Positions 19,724-28,344 are shown, counted from the stretch's first letter. The stretch: DNA of 44,921 bases from an uncultured Gammaproteobacteria bacterium (GCA_964527115.1 CAZGPK010000004.1:1-44921), one strand, 5' to 3'. The notes: generated from the sequence alone by a model not told the origin. Program-made: numbers and translations.

Positions 19724-20595
19724 TGAGCCTAGCTAAGCTTTCTCTTTCTTTAAGTTTGGCTTTTTTCCTTTTTCTTTCTCCCATTCTTGCCCAGTCTTTT
19801 CCCGCTCCTCTGGGCCCAATCAGTGACTTTGCCGGCATTTTCTCTTCTGAATACACCCAAAATCTAAATCAAAAATTAGAGGACATAAAGGAAGAAACTT
19901 CCGCAGAGATTGCTGTTGTTACCATCAAATCTCTCGAGGATTATTCCGTTGAAGAATATGCTGTTAAGCTTTTTGAAGCCTGGGGTATAGGCCTTAAGGG
20001 AAAAGACAATGGTTTGCTCCTTCTTATTGCTCCTGTCGAACACCAAGTTCGCCTTGAAGTCGGTTACGGTCTAGAGCCTGTTATTACCGACGGCCGGGCC
20101 GGTGATATTATTCGCACTAGCCTTACTCCCAATTTTAAAAATAACGACTATGAGACTGGCGTCTCTGAAGCCATTGATCAAATTTATCTCTATCTTATCT
20201 CCCCCGAAAGCCAAGTCGAAAATTCTATTTCCACCTCTCCTTCAGGCTCTACTTTCTCTCTCTTCCTCCCTTTTCTGCTTATCTTTCTAGTCTATCTTTT
20301 TGCCTATCTCAGCCGTACTCGTGAATTTATTACCGGCGGTATTGTTGGCCTTCTTTTAGGGCTTTTCTTGGGTGGCTTTTTTGCTGGCCTCTTTCTCTTT
20401 CTCCTTGGCCTTTTCCTGGATTTTATTCTCTCTAGAAACTACAAAACTCTCAAAAAGAAAAACCTTCCCACCAACTTCCTCTCCACTTTTGGTGGGTTTA
20501 AATCAACTGGATCCAGCCACTCCAGTGGTTCAAGTGGCTTTGGCGGCTTCAGCTCTGGTCGCTCTGGCGGCGGCGGCGCCTCTGGCTCTTGGTAA
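19723..20595 (+). CDS. TPM domain (YgcG-like) membrane protein
   Basis: ISDFAGI, EIAVVTI, WGIGLKGKDNGLLLLIA, RLEVGYGLE, C-terminal GGFSSGRSGGGGASGSW. Translationally coupled to lemA. Confidence 0.93.
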   Translation: MSLAKLSLSLSLAFFLFLSPILAQSFPAPLGPISDFAGIFSSEYTQNLNQKLEDIKEETSAEIAVVTIKSLEDYSVEEYAVKLFEAWGIGLKGKDNGLLLLIAPVEHQVRLEVGYGLEPVITDGRAGDIIRTSLTPNFKNNDYETGVSEAIDQIYLYLISPESQVENSISTSPSGSTFSLFLPFLLIFLVYLFAYLSRTREFITGGIVGLLLGLFLGGFFAGLFLFLLGLFLDFILSRNYKTLKKKNLPTNFLSTFGGFKSTGSSHSSGSSGFGGFSSGRSGGGGASGSW

Positions 20596-20598
20596 TTT

Positions 20599-20880
20599 CT
20601 AAACCCTCTTTTCCACCCTTATTGCCTTCCCCTCTATTAAGGCTTTAGCCGTTTTTTCTCTTCCCTGGGCTAAAATCCGTCCCAATGTTGGCTGTGATAC
20701 CCTCATTTTCTTTGCTGCCACTTCTTGCTTCAAGCCGTCTTTGTCCACCAGCCTTAAAGCTTCCAGCTCCTCCGGTAGCAAAACAATCTCTTCCAATTGC
20801 CGCAAGGGGACTCCCCTCGGTTTGAAATAGTAAACCTCTGGGCAAAAATTTAACCGCCTGGGAATTTTTGGTCTTGGCAT
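20599..20880 (-). CDS. DUF134 (UPF0251) DNA-binding protein
   Basis: MPRPKIPR...YFKPRGVPL...EELEALRLVDKDGLKQEVAAKKMRVSQPTLGRIL. Confidence 0.92.
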   Translation of the reverse strand: MPRPKIPRRLNFCPEVYYFKPRGVPLRQLEEIVLLPEELEALRLVDKDGLKQEVAAKKMRVSQPTLGRILAQGREKTAKALIEGKAIRVEKRV

Positions 20881-20918
20881 AAGCTAATCTAATATAGTGT
20901 TTTACTTATCTTTCTAAA

Positions 20919-20955
20919 AAGATCAAATCCCCTTTTTAAAAAGGGGAATGATCTT
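20919..20955. terminator. Inverted repeat at the 3' end of the DUF5320 gene (terminator or operator)
   Basis: AAGATCA-aa-TCCCCTTTTT/AAAAAGGGGA-a-TGATCTT. Confidence 0.5.
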
Positions 20956-21220
20956 ATTTCAGCTCTTCTTCCTTTTTTTCCAGATCTAAAAGCTCTGTTT
21001 TTAGCGCTTTTTTATACTCACCAAGCGCCTCAAGTTGGCTTTTCTTATCCTGGGGCCACCTCCATCCGAAAGGACAGCAGTTTAAACCACGGCGCAAACC
21101 ACGGCCTAATCCCAAACCTCTTCCTAAGTCGGGTCTTAAGGTAGCACCTTCACAATCTCCCAAACCCCTACCAGTTTTTGGACCCTTACCTGTTGGTCCA
21201 GTTTTGTCTAAATTTGGCAT
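20954..21220 (-). CDS. DUF5320 family protein
   Basis: MPNLDKTGPTGKGPKTGRGLGDC, Gly/Arg-rich middle, C-terminal coiled coil. AAGGAGGTG RBS. Confidence 0.85.
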   Translation of the reverse strand: MPNLDKTGPTGKGPKTGRGLGDCEGATLRPDLGRGLGLGRGLRRGLNCCPFGWRWPQDKKSQLEALGEYKKALKTELLDLEKKEEELK

Positions 21221-21246
21221 TTCTTCCTCACCTCCTTAGCTTACTA

Positions 21247-21264
21247 AATGAATATATATTCATT
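21247..21264. promoter_or_regulatory. Perfect 18-bp palindrome, candidate operator
   Basis: AATGAATATATATTCATT directly upstream of the DUF5320-DUF134 genes. Confidence 0.6.
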
Positions 21265-21294
21265 ATATCCATTTCTATTTTTCTGTCAACTATC

Positions 21295-21334
21295 AAAAAA
21301 ACACCCCCCCGGATTTCGGGAGAGTGTTTTTTTT
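21295..21334 (-). terminator. Intrinsic terminator
   Basis: Minus-strand GC-rich stem (CACTCTCCCG paired with a CGG...GTG arm via G-U pairs) followed by a U tract, downstream of the 21351 gene. Confidence 0.8.
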
Positions 21335-21350
21335 AAGGCGGTATCGGTTT

Positions 21351-21839
21351 TTATCTATTTTTACCCATACCCATTCCCATCCCCATTCCGTCTCTGCGAC
21401 CTCCACCCATTCCTGGGCTCAAAAGGCCACCTAGATTTTCCCAGTCTATCCCGTTTTCCCCTGCCCATTTTTGCATTTCTGCTCTGTGTTCCTCACGGCG
21501 CACTTTTGCCTCCTCGCGAGTCTGGGCCATATTTTTTTGGAGCTCGGCTCTTTTAGCTAAAATCGCTTTTTTCTGCTCTTCGCTAATCTTGCCGTCACTC
21601 ACTGCCTGGTTTAAGCGCTCTTCAAAACTTTTTTGCATTTCTGCCTGACGTCCTGCTCTTTCCTCGTCAAGGAAATTTTGCACTTCGTCCTGCTTCAGGC
21701 CAAAGCGCTCTGCCAGTTTTTCCATAAACGGGGGATACTGATTCTCTTCGTCGGCTCTGGCCGTTTTAGCCAGAAGCGTTCCGCTTAACAACAGTCCTCC
21801 CAAAAGAATTACCGAAATAATTACGCTTTTATTTTTCAT
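21351..21839 (-). CDS. Secreted alpha-helical protein with Gly/Met-rich tail
   Basis: Signal peptide MKNKSVIISVILLGGLLLSGTLLAKTARA, LNQAVSDGKISEEQ motif. GGAGGTG RBS before ATG 21839. Confidence 0.8.
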   Translation of the reverse strand: MKNKSVIISVILLGGLLLSGTLLAKTARADEENQYPPFMEKLAERFGLKQDEVQNFLDEERAGRQAEMQKSFEERLNQAVSDGKISEEQKKAILAKRAELQKNMAQTREEAKVRREEHRAEMQKWAGENGIDWENLGGLLSPGMGGGRRDGMGMGMGMGKNR

Positions 21840-21897
21840 TTTTTCTTCACCTCCCTTATCTTTTAAACTTACAATAATCAAAATATACAAAAGGAAA

Positions 21898-21913
21898 CTG
21901 AAAAAATGCTTAA
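21898..21913 (-). promoter_or_regulatory. OmpR-type direct-repeat box
   Basis: Minus strand TTAAG-catttt-TTCAG, 10 nt upstream of TATATT (21882-21887). Confidence 0.6.
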
Positions 21914-21940
21914 AAACCAAAACCTATCTTTTTAAATCGT

Positions 21941-22975
21941 TTAAGAAAGCGGTATTTGCACCAAAAATTCACTCCCTTTTCCGGGCTGACTCTTCACCCT
22001 TATCTCTCCTCCATGTCCCCTGGCAATTTCCTGTGCCAGGGCCAGTCCCAGGCCTTGCCCCTTCCCTTGGCTTTCCTTTCCCCGCCAAAATCGCTCAAAA
22101 ACATAAGCCAAATCTTTCTCTTTTATCCCTTTTCCACTGTCTTGGACACTAAGAAAAGATCCGCCCCTTCTCTTTCCACACTTTACCCAGATTTTCCCTC
22201 CCCGTCCTGTATATTTAATCGCATTTTCAACCAGGATCACGAGTAGTCTTTCCAGCTCTTCCTTTCTGGCCAAAAGCCGGACCTTTCCTAAACTGACTTC
22301 CACCTTAATTCCTTTTTCTTGAGAAAGCACTTTCATTTTCCCTAAAACTTTCTCCGTCAAAGCCTTAAGCTCTACTTTTTCCTTTGCCTGAGTTTTTCCT
22401 TCTTGATAGCGTGCCAAGCTTAAAAGATCAGCCGTCATTTTCTCTAGCTTTTCCACCTCCTCCACCCCTTCCTGCAAGGCCTCCCTTGCTTCTTTTATCC
22501 CTAGTCTTTTTTCCCTTAGGGCCACCTCCATCCCTGCCCTCATTGCGGCAAGTGGTGTTCTCAGCTCATGTGAAGCATTGGCCACAAATCTTTTTTGTTT
22601 TTCCACTGCCTCTTCAATTGGTCTTAAAGTTTTACCCGCTAAAAAATAACCAGCTGTTCCTGCTCCCAACCAAATAAATCCGTTTAAAATCATAAGTTGC
22701 CACCCCAGTCTTTTTTTAGCTGCCTCTAAGTCCTCCTGAAAAAGCTCTGTTACCGTTTCCAAAAATTTTGGATCCATCATCTCCAGTCTTCTAGGCCAGG
22801 CAGCCGGTAAAGGAACTCCCTTTTTCTCTGCTGCTACCCTAATTTCTGCCCGCTGGAAACCTCTCTGCATCTCCTTTGTCGCCACTCCATAAATCCCCAA
22901 ACTAAAAAGAGTACTTACTATCATCACCACTACCAAATACCAAAAACTAAGCTTTATCCTAGCGCTTTTAAACAT
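21941..22975 (-). CDS. Sensor histidine kinase
   Basis: Two TMs, H-box FVANASHELRTPL, N-box ENAIKY, DSGKGI, FERFWRG, GLGLALA. Confidence 0.95.
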   Translation of the reverse strand: MFKSARIKLSFWYLVVVMIVSTLFSLGIYGVATKEMQRGFQRAEIRVAAEKKGVPLPAAWPRRLEMMDPKFLETVTELFQEDLEAAKKRLGWQLMILNGFIWLGAGTAGYFLAGKTLRPIEEAVEKQKRFVANASHELRTPLAAMRAGMEVALREKRLGIKEAREALQEGVEEVEKLEKMTADLLSLARYQEGKTQAKEKVELKALTEKVLGKMKVLSQEKGIKVEVSLGKVRLLARKEELERLLVILVENAIKYTGRGGKIWVKCGKRRGGSFLSVQDSGKGIKEKDLAYVFERFWRGKESQGKGQGLGLALAQEIARGHGGEIRVKSQPGKGSEFLVQIPLS

Positions 22976-23654
22976 CCTCCTCTCCTTCCAGTCGGTACCC
23001 AAATCCTCTAATTGTTTGGATAAATGACCTCTTTGCCTTTAAGCCCCGGTCAATTTTTTTCCTAAGTGAAGCAATATGTGCCTCTACTGTGTTTGGCAAA
23101 ACATCGGCATCAAAATCCCACACCTTCTCTATAATTTTCCCTTTTTCCAGCGTTTTCCCTTTATTTCTCATCAGATATTCCAAAAGAGAGAACTCCCGCT
23201 TTGAAAGTTTCATCGATTTATTTCCTCGCCTTACCTCTTTTTTGACAGTATCCAGGCTTAAGTCTTTTACTTTCAAAACCTCTCCCAGGCTTTCTCTTGG
23301 TCTTCGGGCCAAAGCTCTAATTCTGGCCACCAGCTCTTCAAACGCAAAAGGCTTAGTTAAATAATCATCAGCTCCGCTATCAAGCCCCTCTACTCGGTCT
23401 GCCACCTCGCTTCTGGCCGTTAACATTAACACCGCTATCTCTTTTCCCGCTTTTCTTAATTTTAAACAAAGCTCTTTCCCGCTTATCCCCGGCAACATCC
23501 AGTCTAAAACTAAAACGTCATAGTCTTCGCTTAAACCCAAATCAAGCCCACTTTCTCCATCCCGGGCCAAGTCCACCGCCCACCCTTCCTGGGAAAGGCC
23601 TGTTTTTATTGCCCTACCGATTTTTTCTTCATCTTCCACCACCAATATCCGCAT
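22968..23654 (-). CDS. OmpR/PhoB family response regulator
   Basis: MRILVVEDE, DVLVLDWMLPG, GADDYLTKPF, winged helix ending TIRGFGY. Confidence 0.96.
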   Translation of the reverse strand: MRILVVEDEEKIGRAIKTGLSQEGWAVDLARDGESGLDLGLSEDYDVLVLDWMLPGISGKELCLKLRKAGKEIAVLMLTARSEVADRVEGLDSGADDYLTKPFAFEELVARIRALARRPRESLGEVLKVKDLSLDTVKKEVRRGNKSMKLSKREFSLLEYLMRNKGKTLEKGKIIEKVWDFDADVLPNTVEAHIASLRKKIDRGLKAKRSFIQTIRGFGYRLEGEEDV

Positions 23655-23677
23655 AAACCTATTCTACCCCATCCAGC

Positions 23678-23693
23678 CTGAAAAAAGGCTGAA
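23678..23693 (-). promoter_or_regulatory. OmpR-type direct-repeat box (autoregulation)
   Basis: Minus strand TTCAG-cctttt-TTCAG, 11 nt upstream of TAGAAT (23661-23666). Confidence 0.65.
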
Positions 23694-23699
23694 AGCCAT

Positions 23700-24368
23700 T
23701 TAACTTTTTCCTGTCCCAAAAATAATGTCCACTGCTGTTCCTCTTACCCCTATTCCCACCCAGCCCCATTTATTATCAAGCTGGTTTCTATTATGTGGTT
23801 CATCTCCCGCAAATACCCATTCAATCAAGTGCACCCCTAAAAGCCGATAACCAAAACTTGAATTTTCTCCCACCCAACTAAATCCCAGCTGGGAAAATCC
23901 ATTCTCCTGCTCTAAAAAATCATTAAAACCCTTATGCTCGTCCACGTTTTTTATGCTCTCAAAAAAATCCGCTCTCTCTTGGGCAAATCCAGCCAACCTT
24001 TCATCCCAAGTCAAAGGCTGCGAACCTGCCCTTACCCGATAATCATTTAAGGCCACCAAAATCTCTCCTGGGCTTGCCATCCGCTCATCTTCTCCCACTC
24101 TCATTGTCCAAGTATGCTCACTGATCTGCTTCGCCACTCCCCACTCACCCTCGTCTCCGCTTTCCCCCCCACTACTCACTGCAGTGGGTATCAAAGTAGG
24201 GGACAGTTTCAGTCTAATTTCCCAAAATGGCAACTCTACTATTTCCGCCTCCAACTCTTCCACCCCAGTCTCTTCTTGTTCGGCTGGCTTTCCCACTAGC
24301 CTTCTCTTTTCCCCCCAGCTCAAAAACCCCAATAAAAATACCAAAATTATTCCTACTATTTTTATCAC
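23700..24368 (-). CDS. CAP (SCP) domain exported protein
   Basis: ALNDYR...LTWDERLAGFAQERA...H...GENSS...W...PHNRNQLD...VGIG. Confidence 0.85.
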   Translation of the reverse strand: MIKIVGIILVFLLGFLSWGEKRRLVGKPAEQEETGVEELEAEIVELPFWEIRLKLSPTLIPTAVSSGGESGDEGEWGVAKQISEHTWTMRVGEDERMASPGEILVALNDYRVRAGSQPLTWDERLAGFAQERADFFESIKNVDEHKGFNDFLEQENGFSQLGFSWVGENSSFGYRLLGVHLIEWVFAGDEPHNRNQLDNKWGWVGIGVRGTAVDIIFGTGKS

Positions 24369-24577
24369 TAATCTATTCTACCTTAACCCCTTTTTTCCAA
24401 ACCAAAACTTTCTCTTCCCGGGTTTCTCAAAACCCCCTCCCCGTTTATTGCCCATCCACACTGGTTGCAATGTGTTTCTAAAAGCTCCTCTTCTCCATGA
24501 TTTCCCTTAAACCAAATTTCATATGCATCCCCTCCGCAAATACGGTATTTTAAACAAATATTCTGCCAAAATTCAAA

Positions 24578-24931
24578 CTAAAGCCGCCTCACCCTTTCCA
24601 GAAAAATCTTTTCTGCTTCTTTGGGGTCTACCCCTTCTCCAAGAACTTCTGTTGCTATCTCGTCAAACGGCCCCTTTCCGTCACTGACCGAATAAAATCT
24701 TCCGCCATACCCAATAATCTCCACTTGTCTGGGGACTATTCTTGCTTTTCTGCCTCTACCATTTGAACGGCTTACGAAACAAACATAGGTACATTCTACT
24801 GCTATTGGATCATTAGCCCTTGCCTCTGCCTTTCCCGCTTTTTCTTCTTCTTTCAAAAATTCTCTGTAATCCTCCTCCTCTTCCGCATTCCAATCCTCTC
24901 CTTCTCTGTTAATGAAAGCCTCAACTGTCAT
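24578..24931 (-). CDS. Hypothetical protein
   Basis: 117-aa ORF with host-like minus-strand (G/A-rich) coding style. No recognisable motif. Confidence 0.6.
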   Translation of the reverse strand: MTVEAFINREGEDWNAEEEEDYREFLKEEEKAGKAEARANDPIAVECTYVCFVSRSNGRGRKARIVPRQVEIIGYGGRFYSVSDGKGPFDEIATEVLGEGVDPKEAEKIFLERVRRL

Positions 24932-25366
24932 AGATATATATACACTATTAAGACTAATTAAAACCAGTACGAATCATAAGAAACCGCCCCAATTCTTGGC
25001 CAAACTAAAGCCAGAAAATTTCCAAACCTAAAAGTAGACAGAAAAACTTACCCTCCCGGCTGTTTATTTTTATTAGAAACCCAAAAAGCAAAGCATTAAG
25101 CCTTTTCCTGCGGAATCGTATTCAACAATAATTTTCCTGCTGATTGTTTTAGCTGTCATGTCCAACCATATCCTATAACCCAATTAATTACATCTTTCCA
25201 TCTCAAAAATAAGGAATATCTTTGTCACATGAACACAAAAATCATTCAATAATAAGGACAATATCTTTTTTTGTACCCCCGTTGGAACGTTACTCTAACC
25301 AAAGATTGGGTTCAGGAGTGGGTATTTAATACTTAATCTAGTCTGGATTAGTAATTCGCTACGCTA

Positions 25367-25696
25367 CTAATATCCATAATAATCATGGTCAGCATCATAA
25401 TAATCTTCTTCAAGTTCCATATTATGTTCATTTGCACTAGCCCTACATCCCTCAATGAAAGAATCCGAATTTCCACCACAGTCGTCCGGATCTGTTATCC
25501 CGTGTTCATCAGCCCATTCATAGCCCGCCTCGTGCCCGGAACAGTCGCTAGTACATTCCCAATTATCACTAGTAATGGGTTCTTCGTCGAAGTCTTCATA
25601 GTCCCCCGAGTATGAAGAATCACACCCACTAAGGAAAACGGAAAAAAGTAAAACAAGCAAAACAATGCCTATTTTGTGAAACTTACTCTTTTTCAT
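25367..25696 (-). CDS. Small Cys-rich acidic lipoprotein
   Basis: Lipobox FLSGC. CTSDCSGHEAGYEWA...CGGNSDSFIEGC. Confidence 0.78.
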   Translation of the reverse strand: MKKSKFHKIGIVLLVLLFSVFLSGCDSSYSGDYEDFDEEPITSDNWECTSDCSGHEAGYEWADEHGITDPDDCGGNSDSFIEGCRASANEHNMELEEDYYDADHDYYGY

Positions 25697-25748
25697 TTAT
25701 TTCTTATCTTCTAAATATATTAATACGCTTCCTTTTCCTTTCTTTGAG

Positions 25749-26186
25749 TCATCGAAGCCTCCATTTCCGTCTATTTCTCGAATGGTCTTCTTTCCACTTA
25801 TCACCAAAAACAATATGAAGAATTGCTCTGTACAGGACGCTCAAAACAAGGATTGTTAATGGTATTACTGTTGCTGGAAAAAGGAAGTACTCTGGATTAC
25901 GTTCTGTTCTTGTTTGTTCTCCAACCCATCTTTTCTCACCGGTTTTTGTATTTCTTTGTTCTTTGAAGATAATTTTCGGATTATTCAAATCATTTTGGTA
26001 ATGGTCTATTTCTTCTGGTGTTAAAACAATCTCTTCTTTGAACGTACTTTGGAATTCGACTATTGCTAAACCTATAGAGAAAAAACTTACAAGAGCGAAT
26101 GTGCTAATCAAAATTATTAACGCCAACCTATGCCACCATTTGTCTCTTAGATACTTGTTGTCAGGGAAAGTCGGTAAAAACTTCAT
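25749..26186 (-). CDS. Hypothetical two-TM membrane protein
   Basis: WWHRL followed by TM, soluble loop, second TM ending YRAILHIVFG. Confidence 0.7.
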   Translation of the reverse strand: MKFLPTFPDNKYLRDKWWHRLALIILISTFALVSFFSIGLAIVEFQSTFKEEIVLTPEEIDHYQNDLNNPKIIFKEQRNTKTGEKRWVGEQTRTERNPEYFLFPATVIPLTILVLSVLYRAILHIVFGDKWKEDHSRNRRKWRLR

Positions 26187-26275
26187 TTTTTCTTTACTGC
26201 TCCTTTATGCAGTTTATACTATCCAGACTAAAACCCAAGAAAAAGTCAAAATATAGGTAAGGGGAAACGGTCTAT

Positions 26276-26626
26276 TTACCAATCCCAACTATTTCGCCAC
26301 AGAGAAGAGCCATAATCCGAACCATAATTACTACTTCTGTAAGAATTTAACCCCGTATAATAATCACTCTGCGTATTCCAAGAAGGAGTGTTCCATTTAT
26401 AAGTATTATAACTGCCGTAACTGGGATTATATAAAGGCTGAGAAGGTTTATAGCTATAGTTATCGTACCTCAGACCATTGGGGTTACTCCGATAGTAGCC
26501 CTGAACGTAGGTGCCGTTACTTCTATAGTAACCATTTACCCAACCAGCATTAACAACCCTTGTAGAAAAAAACAACGACACGCCTACCAGAATAAAGAAA
26601 AACAAACCAAAAAATCTTAATCTCAC
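26276..26626 (-). CDS. Secreted Tyr/Asn/Ser-rich protein
   Basis: Signal peptide ending VNA. VNGYYRSNGTYVQGYYRSNPN internal repeat. Confidence 0.78.
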   Translation of the reverse strand: MRLRFFGLFFFILVGVSLFFSTRVVNAGWVNGYYRSNGTYVQGYYRSNPNGLRYDNYSYKPSQPLYNPSYGSYNTYKWNTPSWNTQSDYYTGLNSYRSSNYGSDYGSSLWRNSWDW

Positions 26627-26677
26627 TTAATCAACTCTATATCAAATTAGTTTAAATTGCAACCAAGTCATATAACT

Positions 26678-27343
26678 TTATTTATCCCCAACCAGTAAAA
26701 CGATTATTGAGCCAACCTCCGAAACTCTAGTTGCGATACAACCCTTCGTTATCGATGTCCCATCCTTTGAGGTCCAAAGCATAAGCTCGTTATGTGGTGG
26801 AGAACTTTGCCATTTTCTCAATACATCTTCATCCCTAGCTAAGTTTGCCGCCAGGTTTTCCCCCACTCCCTGACCCGAATAACTAGTACTATCAAGCCCA
26901 AAATGACTACCCGTAGCACTCTTCTTAAAGGCCTCCATGTCATTTGCCATCATTAAGTCTGCTCTACCTTCAGCAATAGCACAAAGCTCGCTAGACACAG
27001 AGAGAAATGGTAAACCCTTACTGCTTCTATATTGGTTTATCAAATTGAATATATTACCGCCGTTTAGTATTGGCAATGGTGGTTTGCTTGCATCTGTTAC
27101 CTTGGTGGCGTTTCCCTTCTCCTTATTAGTTGTTTTATTTGTGAAAACAGGGGATGGTGTAGGTGTGTTAATGGACGATGGAATAACTGGTGTAAATCTG
27201 GAGTAAGTATTATTGGTTTTCTCATATGAACGACTTAATGCACTTCCAAAAAGAATAACGCCAATAATTATTAACCCCAAAAATAGAATTTGTGTTATTT
27301 TGGCTACCAAATTACTTCTATTTTTAATGTTATCTTTCATCAT
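26678..27343 (-). CDS. CAP domain membrane-anchored protein
   Basis: TM, Pro/Thr linker, INQYR...LCAIAEGRA...H...GENLA...WQSSPPHNELML. Confidence 0.85.
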   Translation of the reverse strand: MMKDNIKNRSNLVAKITQILFLGLIIIGVILFGSALSRSYEKTNNTYSRFTPVIPSSINTPTPSPVFTNKTTNKEKGNATKVTDASKPPLPILNGGNIFNLINQYRSSKGLPFLSVSSELCAIAEGRADLMMANDMEAFKKSATGSHFGLDSTSYSGQGVGENLAANLARDEDVLRKWQSSPPHNELMLWTSKDGTSITKGCIATRVSEVGSIIVLLVGDK

Positions 27344-27903
27344 TGGCTATAACCTGTAATCAATACCATAAGGGTCTGTTCACCGTTTATTGCTTTGGCC
27401 ACACACCCCTGGTCTATACTTTTTTCTACAATATCTTTACCCACCCACACTTTAATTGTTTTTCTAGTCAACACTTCGTTATGGAAAGGCGATTCTTGCC
27501 AAGATTTCAAAGACGCTTCGTCCAAATTAGCTGAATGGTCAAAGGAAGCGATATCAATGCCCATTAGGGCTTCACCTGCAAAGTTGTAGCCTATTTTCTG
27601 TTCGGGCATGCCAATATGAGCCTGTGGTTTGCTCTCTAGAAAACCCTTCATATTGTCGACAATTAGGAAATTGGCCCTATTCTGTGCTAACTCACATAAG
27701 GAGGCCGACTTAGTTAGTTCCGGTGCTTCTAGTATTTGTCGATATTGGTTAACTAGCCTTAACATGTTGTCTATATCAAATATCTCGTTTACATCTTTTA
27801 CCTTCGGGGTACTTGTCGGAGAAAGGGGGCTTACATCACCCTTTCTACAACCTGATAAAAACAAAGACGATAAAACAAGTAGGCCAATGATTATTCTTTT
27901 CAT
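27340..27903 (-). CDS. CAP domain lipoprotein
   Basis: Lipobox FLSGC. VNQYR...LCELAQNRA...H...GEAL...WQESPFHNEVL. ATGA overlap with the next CAP gene. Confidence 0.83.
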   Translation of the reverse strand: MKRIIIGLLVLSSLFLSGCRKGDVSPLSPTSTPKVKDVNEIFDIDNMLRLVNQYRQILEAPELTKSASLCELAQNRANFLIVDNMKGFLESKPQAHIGMPEQKIGYNFAGEALMGIDIASFDHSANLDEASLKSWQESPFHNEVLTRKTIKVWVGKDIVEKSIDQGCVAKAINGEQTLMVLITGYSQ

Positions 27904-27976
27904 CTGTTTATCTAACTAATAATTTCTACTTCCTATAATTAGATATATTGCTCGTTGACATACTCAATACCATCCA

Positions 27977-28231
27977 TCAAGGTTTTGAATTAGAATCTTT
28001 AATAAAATAAGATATTTTCTCCCACCATTTAAGATTTTTCCGGCACTCATAATATAAACCGATATCGCCTTCAAAAGTACCACATTTACTATGACAAAGA
28101 GGTTTGTTGCATTTTTTCTTCATTGCTCCCTTATACAGCTTATACCCCCCAAACCCTGCTAGTCCATAAAGCAGCAGTGAACCTAAATTTCCCTTGCTTG
28201 AGTTTGAAGCTTTATTTGTTTCCCCCAACAC
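27977..28231 (-). CDS. Small hypothetical membrane protein with Cys cluster
   Basis: Short hydrophobic segment and C..C..C..C. Start uncertain because it lies right at the tRNA end. Confidence 0.4.
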   Translation of the reverse strand: MLGETNKASNSSKGNLGSLLLYGLAGFGGYKLYKGAMKKKCNKPLCHSKCGTFEGDIGLYYECRKNLKWWEKISYFIKDSNSKP

Positions 28232-28237
28232 CCGAAG

Positions 28238-28311
28238 TACACCCGGTAGGGCTCGAACCTACAACCTGTTGCTCCGCAAGCAACTGCTCTATCCAATTAA
28301 GCTACGGGTGC
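28238..28311 (-). tRNA. tRNA-Arg(GCG), CCA not encoded
   Basis: GCACCCGTAGCTTAATTGGATAGAGCAGTTGCTTGCGGAGCAACAGGTTGTAGGTTCGAGCCCTACCGGGTGTA. Stem GTTGC/GCAAC, loop TTGCGGA, A20 Arg identity element. Confidence 0.93.
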
Positions 28312-28344
28312 TCCAGGCTATTCTACCCCAAACAGGCTCTAAAA

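Larger units (their letters stand above)
25273..28237. mobile_element. Putative accessory islet downstream of tRNA-Arg(GCG)
   Basis: Loss of host C/T skew, six co-oriented small exported or membrane genes, abuts the tRNA 3' end. No integrase inside and the left boundary is approximate. Confidence 0.5.

Noticed and set aside
846-24510. Numerous 60-150 aa antisense or alternate-frame ORFs (e.g. 1855-2307, 10712-11023, 13530-13964, 18529-18891)
   Set aside because: They are shadows of real genes. The C/T-rich strand has few stop codons and the products are low-complexity S/F/L/P.
25339-26230. Short inverted match TAGTCTGGAT flanking two islet genes
   Set aside because: Only about 10 bp, with no transposase or target duplication. 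Compatible with chance.
25300-28237. Integron cassette array
   Set aside because: The co-oriented small genes are suggestive, but I found no repeated attC-like palindromes between them and no tyrosine integrase.
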